Shown in pieces: positions 56,156 to 64,000 of a DNA stretch of 64,000 nt; position 1 is the first letter of the stretch; every line of letters begins with the position of its first letter. The notes under the pieces were generated by a model. It searched no databases. It saw only the letters and a list, made by a program, of their open reading frames with translations, and had not been told where the DNA came from. This DNA comes from Octopus vulgaris. Taxonomy: Eukaryota. Position numbers and translations under genes: made by a program. The stretch is taken from assembly GCA_951406725.2 (NCBI GenBank), contig OX597835.1, positions 17,608,001 through 17,672,000 of the forward strand. The letters are read 5' to 3'.

Positions 56156-56972
<817 letters not shown>

Positions 56973-57571
56973 TAAAACTAAATGATTGGTCCATTAGGCT
57001 TAGCCAGCCGAAAGTTAAGTTGATACAATACAAGGATTCAAGCAGATGAGACTCTTATCTCTATTGTTCTTGCAAATCTGTTACAAAATATTCTGTCTCT
57101 ACCAGGAACCTACTGGGTAGCGTGCTTTAGAGCAATATGAACCATATTTAAGTAGTATCTTGTTGGACAGACTGACAAATCTCTGGTGGTATTAACACTA
57201 GAAAATCTCAGCCTAAGTAGGAGATTTATGAGTCCCGTCGAGACCCTATAGCACTAATAAAGACTTTTGCATTAATTTATCATCGATGCGAACATATAAA
57301 CACTTACATGAGGAAACGTATACAGAACCAAATGTGTATATATCAGTATCTGTAGCTAAGTATTTGTGGTGTCTGTCCTATCACATGTAATCTAGTCTAA
57401 CGTGATCTACCTACTTACCTACCTACCTACCTATATATCTATCCATCCATCTATTCATCCACCCTCCCAAACACCCATCTATCCGTCTATTTATCTATCT
57501 ATCTATTTGTCTGTCTGTCTGTCTGGTCTGTCTACATCTCTATGCTACTGCTCGTGTCTGTTTATCTCTGT

Positions 57572-58108
<537 letters not shown>

Positions 58109-58360
58109 CATTATTATATATGTGTCTGTTTGTGTGGGCGTGTATTCATATACATATCTGTATTTATCTGCGTATACGTATGTACACAACTACGCAAGCA
58201 TATGCACATACGTATTTATATATAAACACTGATTATATATTCACAATGTGCGTTACTGTTATGAAAACCAAGACTACATTAATAAACACAAGTGTACATC
58301 GGATTGAACATGAAGCCCACGTATATTAATTTAGATTTATACATTATAAATTATAAATAA

Positions 58361-58400
<40 letters not shown>

Positions 58401-58687
58401 ATGTATGGACAGTCCCGCGGAGAGTTGTTCAAGAAGGCAAGCACACAACAAGTCTTTACACGATTTTATGTTTCTCTGTGTTTTGTGTAATTTCTGCGTG
58501 CGAAGTGAGTTGGTGTGTATGTTCAAATACATGTACACACATACACACGCACGCACACACACATGCGCGCGCACACACACACACATGCGCGCGCACACAC
58601 ACAAACACACGCATACACACAGACGCGTGTATACATACATACATACATACGTACATACATACATACATACATACATACATACATACA

Positions 58688-58723
<36 letters not shown>

Positions 58724-59079
58724 TACATACACATAAAGTATTTATATGTATATACATAAATCTACATGTGTCTTATGTGCCTGGATGTATGTTGATTGAT
58801 GTATATATGCATGCATGTGTGAATTAAAGTGTGTATGTAAGACATTGTCCATTTTGCATTAACTCTATAAATATCGATACACACACACACATACACACCC
58901 ATGCGCACACACACATATACAGAGAGAGAGAGAGAGGGGGGAGAGACAGGGGGAGAGAAAGGGAGATAAATTGATACATACATACATACATACATACATA
59001 CATAATGTACGTGTGTGTGTTTATGTACGTAACACCTGCCCATGACAATGTTGCCTACAACATAAATATCAATGAGCAA

Positions 59080-59835
59080 AGCTCAGCTTACTCCAGAAAA
59101 TTTCAACTTAGCATGGCCTATATAAAACCAAGATGGACCCAAATGTTCCACATTCCGATGGGGGGCTCCATTTCCCGAAACTTCGGAGTAACTCACAATG
59201 TTAATCTTGTTAAAGTATAATGAATTTGTACTCTTGCAAAAGCAATAAATATTCATTCAGTTTAATGTAAAATACTTTTTATAATTCAACGTAAAAATAA
59301 TCAATAATAATATATATATAAGTTTATATCACTATAGCGACAAACAATATCGTATGTATTTCCTAATACATTACTTTTAACCTAGGAGCCAACTTATACA
59401 AACCTTATAAGAAATCTAATGGAACATTCGTCAAGGTCTCTTCTCAATCATGTCTCCCGTAGATGGTAGTCAAGTGCCTTGTCAATAACATAAATATTAA
59501 AATATTAAAACAGTCCGCAAATAAGCATTTTTCCGATAATGCAACCCATTATTATAATGATGCCCTGCAGGAAAGTAGATTAAAATGTAAGATAACTTTT
59601 ACATACAATCAATAACACACAAAGCCTTAGATAACCTAAAAAGAGACCTCATAACTTACATTTTTTTCCTTAAATTTTTCACCTGATGTAAAATTCAATA
59701 TGACTAAAGGCTGTATGAACTTAACAAAGTAATGTTTTCCTTTAACAATACACGGATGTTGCTCAATAGACATGCCGTTAAATTGAGTTATAGTTGTGCT
59801 GCAAACATGAAAATATATCGTTTGCAATCTCAATC
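59080..59835 (+). mobile_element. Decayed Penelope-like element reverse transcriptase/thumb fragment
   Basis: WTQMFHIPMGG (cf. FDIPMGA). ITFNLGANLYKPYKKSN...NNINIKI...YYNDALQES (cf. YKPYRKPN...YN.AL.ESG). LLNRHAVKLSYSCAANM (cf. FNRNTVK.SYSCM.NM). Stops and frameshifts present. Confidence 0.8.
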
Positions 59836-60861
59836 ATATTTATAGAAAGATGTTCCTTCAAAAGAAGGAACTGATTGCTTAGTATAGGTGTGTTGCAATA
59901 CTTAGTATAGGTGTGTTTTAAAAAAAGACGTTGAACTTTTGCATCCCGATCGGTAGAGATGCAGAGATGCAGAGAGATTGTAAGGTAAGTTATTACAACC
60001 ATCTATAAAGTTTTCGAAGTATTGCAAGATATAAGAAAACTAAGCTTTCCAGTTATATTTGATCCCAAATTACAGTTCGGAATGAAAGATGAAGGACATG
60101 TACAAAATGATGGAAGGAAATGTAATTCAAGCTCTGCTGAAAAAAACCCAAAAAGTCTCGTAATATTAAAATATTCAAAACAACATGGTACTTTCATCTC
60201 AGAGGCAAAATGCATGAAACATTTACACACGAAAGGAAATACTGTGTGAGACTTAGGGCTGGGAATGATGTATGCTAAAACTGCTGCAATTCGACACATG
60301 TACAAAAAATATGGGCGTCAAAGTTCTTGGGAGAAGAATATGTTTTAATGGTAAGTGTAGGAACTGCGGTAGAAGATGTAACATCGTCGATAACAGAAGA
60401 AGAGATGAATAATTCGTGTGAGACTAAAGGAAGAGAACCTATATTTCCGAAGAGACCATAATAATTGCAACTAGAAATACAGAGATAGGAAACAGCACGA
60501 GGTCTGGGAGCTCTAGGTTGCAGTGTGTTTGTAGGTAGCTTAATGGAGTTAATGGAGTTCCAAGAATTCATTGTGAATCTATACTGTAAAATATCAGAAA
60601 TTCGAGGATATGTATACCAAATTGCAGGGCCCGCTTTTAGGATGCGGTCCTAGCTGTATTAAGAATGTGCTTCGAGATATATGGAATACATTGTTTTTAG
60701 CGCTCTATACATACACACACTATACCAGGCAGCTGTTTTGAGTTTAGTGTTTTGCAAATTTGCGCCTCTTCAAGGAGATTTCTCCTCTGACGATATCCAG
60801 CATTTGATGAGCACATAATTAAAGGATACGCAGTATATGATATCCCTTATATGATATCCCT

Positions 60862-60928
<67 letters not shown>

Positions 60929-60960
60929 ATATATATATATAAGAGTCGTCATATTTCATT

Positions 60961-61066
60961 CCATATCGGCTACCTCTGTTGAGCGTAGAGTTACATACTC
61001 GGATTGCTACCTAACACTCTGTTGAATCCCTAGCGCGAAACCGATTAGTAAGATAGGCCGTAATGG
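60961..61066 (+). ncRNA. Type-I hammerhead motif, A6U variant, long stem-II insert
   Basis: ccatatcggctacct-CTGTTGA (60976-82), GCG tag...cta g CGC, GAAA (61037-40), C-cgatta-GT-A, agataggccgtaatgg. Extended imperfect stem I. Confidence 0.6.
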
Positions 61067-61092
61067 ATATATAGTACTGTTCACTTCGGAAT

Positions 61093-61135
<43 letters not shown>

Positions 61136-61520
61136 CACAAACACCACGTATGTGTACATGAAACTTTACACACAAGATTAAATAATGAATTCTGTATCAA
61201 TCTCATGAAGGGAAGCAGAGCCGAGTCTTCGAAGTCACTCCAGACTTCTGCTGGTGTACGTTAGCAGATATATGATTCGTTTATAAAAAAAAGTATTGAG
61301 TCATCATCAAATTCAATTTCAAATTTTTCCAACGCATCGCTTGACATGAAAATAAATACACAAAGAAATACATACAAATATGTAGATAGATATATACATA
61401 CATATAAGTATATACATACATATATGTGTGTGTATATAAATATATGTTTATAAATATATGAATATATATATTTGTATGTATATGCATATGTATGTATATA
61501 AATATATATAAATGTATATG

Positions 61521-61570
<50 letters not shown>

Positions 61571-62015
61571 TATATTGATATACAAGTATAATTGAAAAAG
61601 TTCGTTATAGGTATAAAGATACCATAAACAATTATAAAAATGGTGAAAAAAATGTGAAGAAATATATATATATGATTATATATATATATATATATACATA
61701 CACAGATGTATAAGTGCTAATATATACGTATGTATGTCTACCATATGGATATATATGTGCGTGTGCGCGCACGTGAGTGTGTGCCTGCCTCATAACCGTA
61801 TTCGTGATATTTCAATTTCCGTTCCACCATCCACGAACCGTTGTCGAAGATAAAATTTTGCATAACTATTGGCCATAGTTGTAATAAATGACACAATTTC
61901 GGTGATAAACGCACGCACACACCCCATACGCGCATACATATGTCTGTATATATATGTCTGTGTATATATGTATGTATATATATATATATATATATATATG
62001 CATGTATGTACGTGC

Positions 62016-62047
<32 letters not shown>

Positions 62048-62805
62048 GTATATACTTACATACAAGCACACCCACTTATATATATATATATATACACATA
62101 TATGGATATATACATATATACCCATCCATCTCTCTATTTATCTATGTGTCTCTCCATCTCTCTCTATTATCTATCTATGTTTCTTTCTCTCTTTCTAACC
62201 AGCCATTTAACCACCATCCATCCCTCCATTCCCCCATCCTCACATACATACGTATGTATTTATTTACATATGTATATATATATATATATATATACAGACA
62301 TATATATGTACAGATATATATATATATATATATAATATATATATATATAAACTTATGGATGCACATGTGCATACAAATCTATAAAAGTATACGCCCACAC
62401 ACACACAGACACACACGCACTCACATACACAGACACACACACACACACACGCACACACACACACCACACTCACACGTGGTCATGCTCACACACTCATGTC
62501 TAGGCATTCATCATTTTTGAACTTTATTCTCAATACGGTGATTAACTCTTGTCACTCCCTACAAAAAGAAATAAAGACGTTACTTGTATTCATCGTATCT
62601 CTATAGATAATCATTAATTTCTTTTCTCATTCAGACCATCCCTACGTTGACAATTTCTCCAAACATGACACTCCCTCCCAGTTTACTTAAGAATCACCTT
62701 CAAATACGATAGTTTAATATTATCTCCTAACCGGATCTAATTGCTACATTATTCCAGGTCTAGCTTTGTCGGAAGCCATTTAGGGAACCTTCAAATGTGA
62801 TACCT

Positions 62806-63537
62806 ATTTCTTTACTACCCACAAGGGGCTAAACACAGAGAGGACAAACTGGTACTTATTTAATTGACCCCGAAAGGATGAAAGGCAAAGTCCACCTCGG
62901 CGGAATTTGAACTCAGAACGTAGCGGCAGACGAAATACCTATTTTTTTACTACCCACAAGATGCTAAACACAGAGAGGACAAACAAGGACAGACAAACGG
63001 ATCAATTCAATTACATCAACCCCAATGCGCAACTGGTTCTTAATTTATCGACCCCGAAAGGATGAAAGGCAAAGTCCACCTCGGCGGAATTTGAACTCAG
63101 AACGTAGCGGCAGACGAAATACCTATTTTTTTTACTACCCACAAGGTGCTAAACACAGAAGGGACAAACAAGGCCAGACAAACGGATCAATTCGATTACA
63201 TCGACCCCAGTGCGCAACTGGTCCTTAATTTATCGACCCCGAAAGGATGAAAGGCTAATCGACCTCGGAGGAATTTGAACTCAGAACGTAACAGCAGACG
63301 AAATACCTATTTTTTTACTACCCACAAGGTGCTAAACACAGAGAGGACAAACAAGGACAGACAAACGGATCAATTCGATTACATCGACCCCAGTGCGCAA
63401 CTGGTCCTTAATTTATCGACCCCGAAAGGATGAAAGGCTAATCGACCTCGGAGGAATTTGAACTCAGAACGTAACAGCAGACGAAATACGGCTACACATT
63501 TCGCCCGGCGTGCTAACATTTCTGCCAGCTCGCCGCC
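62806..63537 (-). mobile_element. F1 SINE: one head and four tandem bodies (period 183-184 bp)
   Basis: cgaaatac at 62931, 63115, 63299 and 63482. Head ends cagctcgccgcc at 63537. Degenerate TSD tcaaatgtgatacct (62791-62805) versus ttaaatatgacacct (63538-63552). Confidence 0.92.
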
Positions 63538-63619
63538 TTAAATATGACACCTCTCATCGCTCAACACCCACTCTTTTTGCAAAATTTCGCCTGATAGAAA
63601 ACATTGCCAATCTAATCAT

Positions 63620-64000
63620 AGGAGTGGCTGTGTGGTAAGTAGCTTGCTAACCAACCTCATGGTTCCGGGTTCAGTCCCACTGCGTGGCATCTTGGGCAAG
63701 TGTCTTCTGCTATAGCCCCGGGCCGACCAATGCCTTGTGAGTGGATTTGGTAGACGGAAACTGAAAGAAGCCTGTCGTATATATGTGTATATATATATAT
63801 ATATATGTGTGTGTTTGTGTGTCTGTATTTGTCCCCCTAGCATCGCTTGACAACCGATGCTTGTGTGTTTACCTCCCCGTCACTTAGCGGTTCGGCAAAA
63901 AGAGACCGATAGAATAAGTACTGGGCTTACAAAGAATAAGTCCCGGGGTCGAGTTGCTCGACTAAAGGCGGTGCTCCAGCATGGCCGCAGTCAAATGACT
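63620..64000 (+). mobile_element. F2 SINE, young copy running off the window edge
   Basis: Near-identical to 2212-2644. Confidence 0.93.

Noticed and set aside
59850-60600. Short ORFs on both strands next to the Penelope relic
   Set aside because: No recognisable motif (no GIY-YIG); cannot be assigned.
62806-63537. CRISPR-like array
   Set aside because: Whole 184-bp units repeat with no unique spacers; eukaryotic SINE context and no cas genes.

Overview
Eukaryotic, AT-rich, very microsatellite-dense non-coding DNA. The repeat families resemble those I recall from octopus genomes; this is recognition, not a database result. No intact host protein-coding gene is supportable, and almost every ORF in the track is a translation of (TA)n, (CA)n, (TCTA)n or triplet repeats. 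The window holds many tRNA-derived SINEs (called F1, F2 and a modular A/B-head group here), several with clear target-site duplications. It also has 5'-truncated LINE ends (CR1-like, RTE-like, R4/Dong-like and a GATA-associated family), a decayed Penelope-like RT fragment and a mariner-type MITE. The most notable observation is a set of type-I hammerhead ribozyme motifs in Penelope-like repeats embedded in microsatellites. One has a canonical core (17025-17087). Four copies from two unrelated repeat families share a non-canonical CUGUNGA (A6U) core. SINE module shuffling, a shared SINE/LINE 3' tail and 184-bp tandem SINE bodies are also visible.
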